64,000 bases of DNA from a virus (IMGVR_UViG_3300002220_000029:11285-75284); one strand, 5' to 3'. Shown: positions 17,882 to 26,886, counted from the stretch's first letter. The notes: a model not told the origin generated them from the letters alone. Made by a program: numbers and translations.

Positions 17882-18412
17882 ATGTCAGATAATATAGATA
17901 TTGGTTCACCAGCAAGTGCATATGGATATTCTTGGTCTTATGGAACCACCCTTTTGGATAGAACTAACCCAGCAAATCTCAGCGGTTTTGTTCATACCAT
18001 AGAGATGTATTTTTACCGCACAGCAACTGTGGTTAAAGTGGGGACTTTTTATGGCAGCGCAGCATCATGGACATCACGAAACTATGTCTCTCTTGGTACA
18101 GTGGTGCAAGGTAGTAAGCAAACATTTACAGGAAAGTATCTGCTTGTTGAAGCGTCAGATATAGCCGGAACGTACTACAATAACTCCGGCGCTGCTGGAA
18201 ACTTGCATGTCAACACATCAGGAGGGAGCGGTTTTGTTACTAAAGGAGGAGATCAATTTGGAGCAGGCACTCAGACATATACGGTAAACGAGGCGTCTGG
18301 GATTGTGGCGATGTATCTTACTGGAAGGGACACCGATTATGCCGCTTGTTATTTGAAAGGACGACACAGGTTAGATATGGAGGGAGTGTCGACACAAAAT
18401 CAAATAACCTAA
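17882..18412 (+). CDS. Gly/Tyr/Asn-rich beta protein, tandem paralog 2
   Basis: GGAG RBS before ATG 17882; paralogy as above. Confidence 0.6.
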   Translation: MSDNIDIGSPASAYGYSWSYGTTLLDRTNPANLSGFVHTIEMYFYRTATVVKVGTFYGSAASWTSRNYVSLGTVVQGSKQTFTGKYLLVEASDIAGTYYNNSGAAGNLHVNTSGGSGFVTKGGDQFGAGTQTYTVNEASGIVAMYLTGRDTDYAACYLKGRHRLDMEGVSTQNQIT

Positions 18413-18440
18413 AGGTGACGCCTATGATTAAGGAGACAAA

Positions 18441-18887
18441 ATGATTATTTACATACTCATTCCGTTCATACTCTTGCTCGCTTTTGCTGTGTTTGCCGGT
18501 GTTAATCCAAGTGCTCCCGTAGGAACATCCGAGAATCCTGCATTCACATGGAATTTGATTGTTGCTCCTTTAATCACAGCCCTTACGTCTGCGTTGGTTG
18601 TCTTTTTTATAGGTCGTCAGTTTAAGACAAGAGACGAGAAAGATATCCAGATTGCTAATTTACTTGCTGAAAATATGAAGGAGAAAGAAAGATCATTAGA
18701 TGAATGGAGAAGGCGATACACCGACACCCAGTGCGCTATCAAAAATAAACTTGATGAAATTGGTGAGGACATGCACAAGAAAGTCACATGGGATCATTGT
18801 GATAAAAGAGAAAATGAAGTGAAAAAAGATATTCAGAACCTTGAAGAGCGGTTAAAACGAGATTGGCAAGGCAGAGTGGGTGCTTGA
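18441..18887 (+). CDS. membrane protein with two hydrophobic segments and coiled-coil tail (lysis-associated)
   Basis: AAGGAG RBS; two N-terminal TM-like segments; upstream of the endolysin. Confidence 0.55.
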   Translation: MIIYILIPFILLLAFAVFAGVNPSAPVGTSENPAFTWNLIVAPLITALTSALVVFFIGRQFKTRDEKDIQIANLLAENMKEKERSLDEWRRRYTDTQCAIKNKLDEIGEDMHKKVTWDHCDKRENEVKKDIQNLEERLKRDWQGRVGA

Positions 18888-18889
18888 TC

Positions 18890-19030
18890 ATGATAAGAAT
18901 ATTCTACGATACAGACCATTATTGCTCCTTGACACAGGATAGGTGCATACTCGACAAGTGTCCTGAAAAGCGAGAAACCAATGAGCACTGCCTTTACTAC
19001 AAGAAATTGGAGACAAGCGATGCCAAGTAG
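18890..19030 (+). CDS. small Cys-containing hypothetical protein (46 aa)
   Basis: ORF MIRIFYDTDHYCSLTQDRCILDKCPEK... fills the gap and overlaps the endolysin start. Confidence 0.4.
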   Translation: MIRIFYDTDHYCSLTQDRCILDKCPEKRETNEHCLYYKKLETSDAK

Positions 19031-19469
19031 AAAAATTGAAGATTTGGAACCAGATTTTCAGCAGGAGATTATTGACTTTGAACAAAAGCTGGAAGACGAA
19101 GGACTGACTTGGTTCAAACGGTGTTGCACTTATCGGTCTCAGGCCGAACAGGATGCTCTTCATAAAAGAGGCAGGTATCCGCTCCATATTGTGAATGAAG
19201 CCTATAAAGCTGTGGGTCTTGCTCCAATAACAGCAAAGGAAAATGAACGACCTGTAACATGGAGAAAAGTGTCGGACCATACAGCAAGAAGAGCGGTTGA
19301 CTATTATATAGAATGGGATGGCAGGTATGTCAGTGATATAAAGGCCGATATTGATGACAATGACATTCCAGATTGGGAAGAGTTTGGGGAAATTGCAATG
19401 GAATGTGGTCTTGAGTGGGGAGGTTCTTGGGTTAAGAAGGATATGCCCCATGTCCAGAAAATAGGTTAG
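19020..19469 (+). CDS. endolysin, peptidase M15 family (L-Ala-D-Glu endopeptidase-like)
   Basis: YRSQAEQDAL, SDH...AVD, LEWGGSW..KDMPHVQ Zn-peptidase motifs; GGAG RBS before ATG 19020. Confidence 0.85.
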   Translation: MPSRKIEDLEPDFQQEIIDFEQKLEDEGLTWFKRCCTYRSQAEQDALHKRGRYPLHIVNEAYKAVGLAPITAKENERPVTWRKVSDHTARRAVDYYIEWDGRYVSDIKADIDDNDIPDWEEFGEIAMECGLEWGGSWVKKDMPHVQKIG

Positions 19470-19479
19470 GAGGTTTGTG

Positions 19480-19605
19480 ATGAGTTCAGTTATTGGTTTT
19501 ATTGTGGGGTTTGCTGCCGGATTGGTGGTTGCATTCTTTATTTGGAAGAACAATCAATTAAAGATCACGGAATTAACTGCCAAGTTGAAGGAGTTGTCCA
19601 AGTGA
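19480..19605 (+). CDS. small single-TM membrane protein (41 aa)
   Basis: AGGAGG RBS; MSSVIGFIVGFAAGLVVAFFIWKNN. Confidence 0.6.
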   Translation: MSSVIGFIVGFAAGLVVAFFIWKNNQLKITELTAKLKELSK

Positions 19606-19922
19606 AGCTGGTCATTGTAGTATTGGCATTGCTGATAACTGTCCCTGCTTTTGGTTTGGAGAAGGTTGTCCTTACAGCAACGCAAACACGATGTCCATCA
19701 GGCTATAACAAGACTAATGTGGCAAAGATATGCTGCCCTGCTGGATCAAACATCATATTCAAAGATGATGCTTGCTGTCCCACAGGTTATCAATATCTGT
19801 CAGACGGTAAATGCCACAAATGCCCTACTGGTCATTATATCGCTTGGTACAATATCTGTTGCCCAAACAAGATGATGCTGGGCTGGGACGAATTATTGCA
19901 AAAAGATGTTTGCGGGAATTGA
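19602..19922 (+). CDS. secreted Cys-rich repeat protein
   Basis: GTG start overlapping the upstream TGA with AAGGAG RBS; signal peptide MKLVIVVLALLITVPAFG; 10 Cys in CP.G/CCP repeats. Confidence 0.65.
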   Translation: MKLVIVVLALLITVPAFGLEKVVLTATQTRCPSGYNKTNVAKICCPAGSNIIFKDDACCPTGYQYLSDGKCHKCPTGHYIAWYNICCPNKMMLGWDELLQKDVCGN

Positions 19923-19930
19923 GGTGAAAT

Positions 19931-20365
19931 ATGTGGACATGGCTGCTTCAACCAAAAAATATGATCCTTGTGGCGCTTGCCGCTTGCCTCATCACCCTGA
20001 GTGGTTTTTATTTATGGCAAAGAACTACAGTGGCAGAGCTTACAGGAGAGAATGACAGGCTGAATACTGCGGTCAATGAGCAACGAGCTATCATCAAGGC
20101 ATTAGAGGCCAATTTGGAAGCAGCGAGACAAGCACAGGCTCGGATGCAGAAGATAGAGAAAATGACGGCAACTATCCAGGAATCAATCAATAAGCTGAAA
20201 CCAAAGGACTTGACAGATGAGGAAAGAACTGTTGCTCGGGATATTACTGGTTATTTTAACACAAGGTTGTTGCCAGTATCTTTGCAAGACAGAAATGGTT
20301 CAGCCGGTGCAAAGGTATTGCCCACCACCGATAAGACCAACCCTGTCGGCACCTACAACCGTTAA
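19931..20365 (+). CDS. i-spanin (Rz-like)
   Basis: N-terminal TM then coiled coil; overlapped at its 3' end by a lipoprotein gene in another frame. Confidence 0.7.
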   Translation: MWTWLLQPKNMILVALAACLITLSGFYLWQRTTVAELTGENDRLNTAVNEQRAIIKALEANLEAARQAQARMQKIEKMTATIQESINKLKPKDLTDEERTVARDITGYFNTRLLPVSLQDRNGSAGAKVLPTTDKTNPVGTYNR

Positions 20366-20462
20366 AGATTTGGAACGGAATTATCTTAATGTGGTTGATT
20401 ATTGCCTAAAATTGGAGGAAACGGTGACTTGCTATGAGCCTATTAAAAAAATTGTGGAATAA
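20217..20462 (+). CDS. o-spanin (Rz1-like lipoprotein)
   Basis: MRKELLLGILLVILTQGC lipobox-like signal, Pro-rich CPPPIRP; overlapped-spanin architecture. Confidence 0.7.
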   Translation: MRKELLLGILLVILTQGCCQYLCKTEMVQPVQRYCPPPIRPTLSAPTTVKDLERNYLNVVDYCLKLEETVTCYEPIKKIVE

Positions 20463-20796
20463 GAGGAAGCAACAACGCTATCATACCCACGGACATGCTT
20501 ACTTGGTCTTGAATGTTGGTACAGATAGTGAAAGAAAATTGCAAATCATCGATGTTAGTCAAGGAGGCTGCGCATTTATTTACTATGGAGACAAGGCAGA
20601 CATCGAATCGGGTGTAGCCAAACTAATGACTGGCCATTGTGTTCATATTGAAGATATAAAGTATGAAGTGCGATCAGACAAGCAACTAACTGTGAATGAT
20701 CGTCGGTGTGGCATTGAATTTAGGTGGATGGGTGGCGTGGACAAGAAGGGATTGGCAGAGTTTGTCAATTCGGCTGCCTTATTCCCTTGCCCATAG
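20434..20796 (+). CDS. PilZ-domain protein
   Basis: RKQQR (RxxxR) and DVSQGG (DxSxxG) c-di-GMP-binding motifs, plus a C-terminal RCGIEF strand. Confidence 0.8.
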   Translation: MSLLKKLWNKRKQQRYHTHGHAYLVLNVGTDSERKLQIIDVSQGGCAFIYYGDKADIESGVAKLMTGHCVHIEDIKYEVRSDKQLTVNDRRCGIEFRWMGGVDKKGLAEFVNSAALFPCP

Positions 20797-20807
20797 GAGG
20801 TGTTGAT

Positions 20808-21104
20808 ATGGCATTTGTCGAGAAACGAAAACGTGGTACATGGGTCGGTTTCATTATTGATATGCATGCACAGGAATCAACTACATCATGGATGCGGTGG
20901 ATGGGAACATTGATCCTGACCAACATAATGCTGATGTGGACGCTGACATGCTTATTTGATGCTGATTGGAAGTTTAATTTGTCCCTTGAGGAAATGCCTC
21001 TGGGACTTCTTGGGATCGTAACCACAGTTATTGGTGGCAAGGTTTTGCAATCTATGACTGAAAAAAATAAAAATACGACAGGAAATCAGGAGGGACAGGC
21101 ATGA
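20808..21104 (+). CDS. putative holin (2 TM)
   Basis: AGGAGG RBS; two hydrophobic helices and a charged C-terminal tail; in the lysis cassette. Confidence 0.6.
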   Translation: MAFVEKRKRGTWVGFIIDMHAQESTTSWMRWMGTLILTNIMLMWTLTCLFDADWKFNLSLEEMPLGLLGIVTTVIGGKVLQSMTEKNKNTTGNQEGQA

Positions 21105-21772
21105 AGACATTACTTGATTCAGTAAAAGCAACAGGAGCAGGGATCCACATTAAGACTACCAGCCCACAGTCAAAACATGGAGTTGAAATCCTGACAGCCG
21201 GAACAGGAACAGTTACCACATTGGTGGTGGAATTAGAAGGAAGCATATCAGGCAGCACATTTGCTTCAATCGGTTCCGCAACTGTTACCAATGATGGTCT
21301 TTTCTTTGTTACTGATAAGATGGTCGAGATGGTAAGGGCAAATATCACCTCCCTTACATCAGGAACACAGGCAACCGGGACATTGATTGCTATTGGCGTT
21401 ACACCAGCTTCTGGTGAAACGGTTAGCATTGACGGCACCACATACAAATTCCAGACCGCAAGTCTGGCCACAGAGGGGTTTGTTATTATTGGAGCTGATT
21501 ATGCTGAAGCAATGGATCATCTTAACGATGCCATCAATTACACCGGGAATCCTATGACTGATTATAATGGAACGGTGGCACATTCTTCTGTTACCTCAAC
21601 CAATGCCACAGCTGCCGACATTATTGTGACAGCGATTGAATTTGGAACGATTGGGAATGCCATCATTGTGACAGGTAGTGGAGCAACTTTAACTTGGTCG
21701 GCTGGCACATTATTGCTTGGAACCGAGAGGCAGGATATAACAGTCAACTATACTCCGTATCCTTCCGAATAA
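21101..21772 (+). CDS. Thr/Gly-rich putative virion structural protein
   Basis: 223 aa beta-rich; last gene before the terminator. Confidence 0.5.
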   Translation: MKTLLDSVKATGAGIHIKTTSPQSKHGVEILTAGTGTVTTLVVELEGSISGSTFASIGSATVTNDGLFFVTDKMVEMVRANITSLTSGTQATGTLIAIGVTPASGETVSIDGTTYKFQTASLATEGFVIIGADYAEAMDHLNDAINYTGNPMTDYNGTVAHSSVTSTNATAADIIVTAIEFGTIGNAIIVTGSGATLTWSAGTLLLGTERQDITVNYTPYPSE

Positions 21773-21803
21773 ATCCCCAGGCCTCTTCCTCGGCCTGTCG
21801 CTG

Positions 21804-21848
21804 AAGGCGCTGTGGTTTTTCTCCTTTTCCCGCAGCGCCTTTTTATTT
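21804..21848 (+). terminator. Rho-independent terminator ending the late operon
   Basis: AAGGCGCTGTGG...CCGCAGCGCCTT stem followed by TTTTATTT. Confidence 0.8.
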
Positions 21849-22177
21849 GTTGATTTCACAGCAGAAAGGGAGAATGTATATACTTTGTCATTTTTAATTT
21901 AAGTTATTGATGTCATCCATTTCTGAGCGGAGAAATGGCTTGTTTTTATTAATGGATATCCTCTGTTTTAATCTTGATTTGTAATGTCATTGTATCTCTG
22001 TTTTTGTCATTTCAAAATATTTCAAAAATCTTCTTGAATATCAAAAGGTTCTTCATAGGAGCACGGTTTTGGCAAAAAATGCCAGATTCATTTAAAAAAT
22101 GTTTAAAAAATCTTGGTTTTTAACTATTTGATTGTATTAGACTACTAAGATTTTTAAAAAAACTTTAAAAAAAAAGC

Positions 22178-22205
22178 TTGTGTTGTCGAAAGAATCCTTT
22201 ATACT
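22178..22205 (+). promoter_or_regulatory. sigma70-like early promoter
   Basis: TTGTGT-16 nt-TATACT preceded by an A-tract UP-like element. Confidence 0.55.
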
Positions 22206-22211
22206 TCAGTT

Positions 22212-22500
22212 AAAGAGTTCATTGACAAACCAGGAAGGGGCCAAGTGAAGGCAGAGATTTTCTGGAACGAAAGACGGGCAGAGGCAAAAAAGTTCGAGGG
22301 TGAACTGAAGTAGCCGAAGCATCCGGGACGGATTAGGGGCACGGGACAAAGCCTTAAAAGATGGGAGGCACGGATGACCAGTTTCACCGGAGAGCCCAAT
22401 TTCGCATCAAGATGGCAGGCCACGATGCGAATTATCAGGATGAAGCTCCTGAATAAGATAACAGATACGTCCTTCCACCCAATTCGTTGAGTGGAAGCAT
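22212..22500 (+). ncRNA. candidate structured non-coding RNA / leader
   Basis: GC-richer island without a long + strand ORF; at least 6 helices (22299-22307/22379-22388, 22320-22325/22371-22376, 22401-22408/22424-22431, 22435-22440/22447-22452, 22472-22478/22491-22497). Confidence 0.45.
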
Positions 22501-22531
22501 CATATAAGTTATCAATTTTAAAAAAGGAGGA

Positions 22532-22741
22532 ATGACAATGTATTTGATTCATAAATCCACAAAAAAAGAAAGCGACGGGATGATTGAGATTGAACTTTAT
22601 ATTGTCAATCAAAAGAAGGCAAAACATTATACTTACAATCTGGCATCTCAATATGCCGCAGAGAAATTTCACACCTTATATAATAAGGGAAGAAAATGTC
22701 ACGGAAGAGCATTAACTATTTTGAAAAAATTCCAAGTTTGA
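22532..22741 (+). CDS. hypothetical early protein
   Basis: AAGGAGG RBS, 69 aa. Confidence 0.6.
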   Translation: MTMYLIHKSTKKESDGMIEIELYIVNQKKAKHYTYNLASQYAAEKFHTLYNKGRKCHGRALTILKKFQV

Positions 22742-22765
22742 TCTTCTCAAGAAAGGAGACATACA

Positions 22766-22936
22766 ATGAAAACAGCAAAAGAGACAATGACCAAAGAGGA
22801 AATCATTGACCGGATTGTTCAATTCACTGAAATTGACAAAGCAGATGCTGAGAGAGTTTATTTCACAGGCATTTTCAAAGAGGGAATGAGACGGAATAGG
22901 GTTGAGAAATTAATCAGAAAAACTTGCTGGAGCTAA
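22766..22936 (+). CDS. hypothetical early protein (56 aa)
   Basis: AAGGAG RBS; MKTAKETMTKEEIIDRIV... Confidence 0.55.
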   Translation: MKTAKETMTKEEIIDRIVQFTEIDKADAERVYFTGIFKEGMRRNRVEKLIRKTCWS

Positions 22937-23006
22937 TACTCTGATGGTTGCCCTTTACGAAGGGCTTCCATGAGAGGATTAGATTAGAAGAAAGGAGCAT
23001 AAAAAT

Positions 23007-23546
23007 ATGTGGGTATTTACCAAAGATGGATTTTTTAGTGCGGTTGAGAAACCTGTTGATAAAGGACAGGATATGATAACCATTAGGGCACGAGCCAAAA
23101 TTGATTTAGAAAACCTGCTCAAAGAGATTGTGAAAGAAATGCCAATCATAGTAGATGCAGGAACAGATTATGAATATCGCATCAGACTATTGAAGAGCGA
23201 GTGGGCAGATTATCTTGCACAAACAGCCAAAAATATTGATTATGAGAATTTCAAGCATGAGGTAGGATTGATTGATAAGAAACGAGCAAATACCTATTTG
23301 TCCATTTGGAGCAATTTGCTCAGGGTGGCAGACAGAGCGGTCAAACGGAGTATCTTTTTAGAAGATGATTATGCTTATAATCGATCTACCGAATCTATCA
23401 ACTGGAGAGAGTTATGGCGTGATGAAGAGCCCATTAAATTACCTCTTACTAAAGATGAGAAGAGAATAATCAAAAATCAACGGAGAAGAGAACAAAGGCG
23501 TAAGCGTAAACAAGAACTCAAGAATCTTATTCACCCTATGACATAA
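23007..23546 (+). CDS. hypothetical phage protein
   Basis: AAGGAG RBS; MWVFTKDGFFSAV...IDYENFK. Confidence 0.65.
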   Translation: MWVFTKDGFFSAVEKPVDKGQDMITIRARAKIDLENLLKEIVKEMPIIVDAGTDYEYRIRLLKSEWADYLAQTAKNIDYENFKHEVGLIDKKRANTYLSIWSNLLRVADRAVKRSIFLEDDYAYNRSTESINWRELWRDEEPIKLPLTKDEKRIIKNQRRREQRRKRKQELKNLIHPMT

Positions 23547-23566
23547 CATAAAGGGAGGAACTGGAA

Positions 23567-23887
23567 ATGAAAATAAAATGGAAAGTTTCAGAAGAAGAAA
23601 CGGGTCGTTATGCTTCTTTTCACAAAAGAAGCTGGCCAACAGCAGAATACGAAGATGGCTCTATGGCGGCAATGATTCAATGTGAAGATAATTACCACTA
23701 TCAAAAAGCAAAGACAGGAAACCATGCTGCTCTGACCGTATATGTTGCCGATCATTCCCTTGATCCTGTCTGGAAATGGAGGAAACTTATATTGACTTTT
23801 GAAACATTAAAAGAGGCTAAAGAGGCTGTTTTAGAAATTTTGAAAAAATATCCTAATTTTCAAAAAGTAAGGAAGGAGGACAAATAA
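23567..23887 (+). CDS. hypothetical protein
   Basis: GGAGG RBS, 106 aa. Confidence 0.6.
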   Translation: MKIKWKVSEEETGRYASFHKRSWPTAEYEDGSMAAMIQCEDNYHYQKAKTGNHAALTVYVADHSLDPVWKWRKLILTFETLKEAKEAVLEILKKYPNFQKVRKEDK

Positions 23888-23993
23888 TGGAACTGTACTT
23901 TCTAACATTCTCAACATTTTTTGTTGGTGTTATTACAGGGTGGACATTGAAAGTAATGTGGGACGAATTGAAGCGAGAGAGGAGGAGGATAAA

Positions 23994-24269
23994 ATGAAGA
24001 TTAAAACAGGATTAAGGTTTTGTGATATTTGTTTGGTGTCAGGCGAAATGAATTTGGCCATTTACAAAACATGGAACGCGAATGGAGCACAAGAATTAAT
24101 GATAGATGTTTGTGACCAGCACAAAGATTTTATTCGTGATTTGTCTCCAGCAGAGCTGAATGCCAAGATTGATCGTTTGGTGCAAGAAAAGTTTAAACCT
24201 CTTGATGAAGAAGTATTTCGATCAGTTATAAGTAAAAATATCAAACCTCCAGGAGTTTGGGAGAATTAA
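23994..24269 (+). CDS. hypothetical protein with CxxC
   Basis: GGAGG RBS before ATG 23994; CDIC...CDQH. Confidence 0.55.
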   Translation: MKIKTGLRFCDICLVSGEMNLAIYKTWNANGAQELMIDVCDQHKDFIRDLSPAELNAKIDRLVQEKFKPLDEEVFRSVISKNIKPPGVWEN

Positions 24270-24284
24270 TCAAGGGAGGAGCCC

Positions 24285-25835
24285 ATGAAAGGAATTGAAG
24301 AATTGATTTTTGGAATCAAGTCTGGATATTGTTATTTCTATGGTGAATCACAAGAAATCAACAAGACTGTGGCTGATATTGCAAAAGGTTTAACAGATCA
24401 TTTTGCAGAGAGCAAAAATGGACTTCAATATGAAGTGTCTGTCTGGGATTTTGAATCTATCAATCCAGCTGGAGAAAGTATCTATAACAGCCCGGATGAT
24501 ATGTTGACAATGCTTGAAAATATTCAGGGCGGTTATGATTCTGTCAAGGCTGGAACAGTGGTGATTGCCAAAAATTTTAATTGGTTCTTGATTGATGATT
24601 ACGGTAATTGCGACAAGGCCAAAACCAGCTGGCTGTTAAATCGGGCTGCAAAGTTCACCAGTACTGAATTTCGTAAGATCTTTATCATGGTTGGCAATGC
24701 CTCTTTTGATAAGGCGATTCCTGAAGTACTAAGACGGGATTTTGCTAACATTCATTTTGATTTGCCCGATGAAATTGAGATTGAAAACATTTATGAATTT
24801 ATCGTGGATTCTGCCAAAGAAAATCCTAAGTTTATCATGCCCACAGATAAAGAAAAGGCTCGTATCATTGCAGGAGCACGGGGATTAACCAAATCTGAAA
24901 TTGTGAAAGTGTTTAGTTATAGTATCGTTAAAAACAAAGGAGTGTTCAATCCAGTAACGGTTGAAGAACTCAGAGCAGAAGAAATTAACTCCACGCCTGG
25001 ACTCACAATTGGAACCTATGATAAAAAATTAGACGACCTTAAAGGTTACGAAGTGGCCAAAGAAATTGTTGATGAATGGATTGATGACCCTGAAGCCAAA
25101 GGCATTATGTTGCTTGGTCCTGCCGGTGTTGGAAAGACACATTTCTGCCAAAGCTTGGCTGGTCACTATAATCGGTTAATCATCGAATTAGAATTTGCTC
25201 AGTTAATGGGCGACGGTTTGGTAGGTCAGGCTGAAAAAGCAATGAAACGAGCGCTGGATGTCATTACGGCTAACGCTAATCCTGCATCACCCATCATTGT
25301 ATTTGTTGATGAAATTGAAAAAGGCTTAGCGGGAACATCTGGTGCAGGTGGTCGTGGTGGAGCTAATGATGGCGGCACCACTGATCGCTCTAACGCTCAA
25401 TTTCTGAAATTTCTTTCTGATGCCAGACCAAAGGGAATTTACTTTGTTGCCAGTTGTAATGACATCGAGAAATTGCCTGCAGCTTATGTAAGGGCAGAGA
25501 GATGGGACACGGCCCCCATTTTTGTTGATCTCCCTGCTAAGGCAGAGCAAATGGCAATTTTAAAGCATTATCAAGAGGTGTATGGAGTTGTTGCACAACC
25601 TTATGACATGGTGGGATGGACAGGTGCTGAAATCAAAGCATGGTGTAAATTAGCCAGGAAGAAAATGGATAAAGGCAAAAATGCAAATGATGCTGACGAA
25701 TTGATTGTGCCTGTTTCCAAAACTATGAGCAGAGAGATTGATTATCTGCGTAGTTGGAAAGAAGGCAGAACAGTTCCTGCATCCAGGAAAGTAGTTGTCA
25801 ATCAGACAATGGGTGGGCGTAAATTAGAAATGTAA
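24285..25835 (+). CDS. AAA+ ATPase, Ycf46-like
   Basis: Walker A GPAGVGKT, Walker B VFVDEIEK, RAERWD, GWTGAEI; degenerate N-terminal AAA-like domain. Confidence 0.85.
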   Translation: MKGIEELIFGIKSGYCYFYGESQEINKTVADIAKGLTDHFAESKNGLQYEVSVWDFESINPAGESIYNSPDDMLTMLENIQGGYDSVKAGTVVIAKNFNWFLIDDYGNCDKAKTSWLLNRAAKFTSTEFRKIFIMVGNASFDKAIPEVLRRDFANIHFDLPDEIEIENIYEFIVDSAKENPKFIMPTDKEKARIIAGARGLTKSEIVKVFSYSIVKNKGVFNPVTVEELRAEEINSTPGLTIGTYDKKLDDLKGYEVAKEIVDEWIDDPEAKGIMLLGPAGVGKTHFCQSLAGHYNRLIIELEFAQLMGDGLVGQAEKAMKRALDVITANANPASPIIVFVDEIEKGLAGTSGAGGRGGANDGGTTDRSNAQFLKFLSDARPKGIYFVASCNDIEKLPAAYVRAERWDTAPIFVDLPAKAEQMAILKHYQEVYGVVAQPYDMVGWTGAEIKAWCKLARKKMDKGKNANDADELIVPVSKTMSREIDYLRSWKEGRTVPASRKVVVNQTMGGRKLEM

Positions 25836-25859
25836 TTCAATAAAAAAAGGAGAAAGACT

Positions 25860-26744
25860 ATGATAAACGAAAACAATATTTTTGATCAAGGGATGTTAAT
25901 TCATTTGAAAATGGGTGGCTATGAAGGCAGAATGAAACTGTCTGTCGATCAACTCAAGGATCTTCCTCAGGAGATTGTAAGAGGAGTACATGATCTTTTT
26001 GACAAAAGTTTCAAAGACCTGCTTCGAGAAATTGGTTCTTTTGATAATGAAACTCGATGGGAAGTAAAAAGAAGATCTGTGCCATTTCCTATTGATGGGG
26101 TTTATTTTATCACGTCTGGTTACATTGAAAAGATTATTGAGCTTCTGGAACAGAGAAAAATTGGCAGACGGGAATTAATTGCTAAAGCCGTAGAGAATTA
26201 CGATGTTGCCATTCAAATCTTTTCGGAAAAGTATCCAGACTACTTTGAGAGAGCTAAACATAAGTACTTAACCAAAGATCGATTTCAACAAAGATTTTAT
26301 TTCCAATATCAGTTTATCAAAATCACTGCTCCCGATAAAAATGGTAAGTTCATTACGCCAGAAATGTATAAATTGGAAATGAAAAAATTCAAAGATACCA
26401 TTAACGAGATGAAACAAGAAGTTCTTGGCACCATTTATCAATCCCTGTTGGAAGTAACAGGGCGATTGAAAAAACAGTGTACCGATGGCAAGCCCAATCA
26501 GAGAACGTTTAACAGCCTTAATGCTTTCTTGGCTCAGATTGATGATGTGTATTCTGACTTCATTGACCGAGATGATATGAAGGAAGCCATTAAGAAAATA
26601 AAGGCTCAGGTTTTGGGGATCGATGCCAATGATCTCAGAAGTTCAGAAGATTTGAAAGCCAAGTTTGGAAAAGAAATAGCAGCTTTAGGCGCTGAAATCA
26701 AGGCATTGCCTGACATTCCTTTAAAAAGAGCTATTGATTTTTAG
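25860..26744 (+). CDS. helical protein, DUF3150-like (tentative)
   Basis: 294 aa helical; position directly after the Ycf46-like ATPase. Confidence 0.45.
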   Translation: MINENNIFDQGMLIHLKMGGYEGRMKLSVDQLKDLPQEIVRGVHDLFDKSFKDLLREIGSFDNETRWEVKRRSVPFPIDGVYFITSGYIEKIIELLEQRKIGRRELIAKAVENYDVAIQIFSEKYPDYFERAKHKYLTKDRFQQRFYFQYQFIKITAPDKNGKFITPEMYKLEMKKFKDTINEMKQEVLGTIYQSLLEVTGRLKKQCTDGKPNQRTFNSLNAFLAQIDDVYSDFIDRDDMKEAIKKIKAQVLGIDANDLRSSEDLKAKFGKEIAALGAEIKALPDIPLKRAIDF

Positions 26745-26811
26745 GAGGTGTTGTGGGAGAAGCAAAGAGAAAACGTCAAATTATTTTGACAGGGAGATGG
26801 ATAAGATTTGC

Positions 26812-26842
26812 GTATCTGCTGCGTAAGATAAGCAGCAGATAC
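26812..26842. repeat. perfect 11-bp inverted repeat
   Basis: GTATCTGCTGC-gtaagataa-GCAGCAGATAC; no U-tract. May lie in a small ORF 26753..26914 (MGEAKRKR...). Confidence 0.7.
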
Positions 26843-26886
26843 AGTGATAAGGAAATTATGGATTTTATCAAAAGGAGGAAAGATAT

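Noticed and set aside
22270-22400. c-di-GMP-I (GEMM) riboswitch suggested by GGCAAA...GGGACAAAGCC and the PilZ gene
   Set aside because: Spacing, GAAA tetraloop/receptor and P2 motifs do not fit the consensus as I recall it
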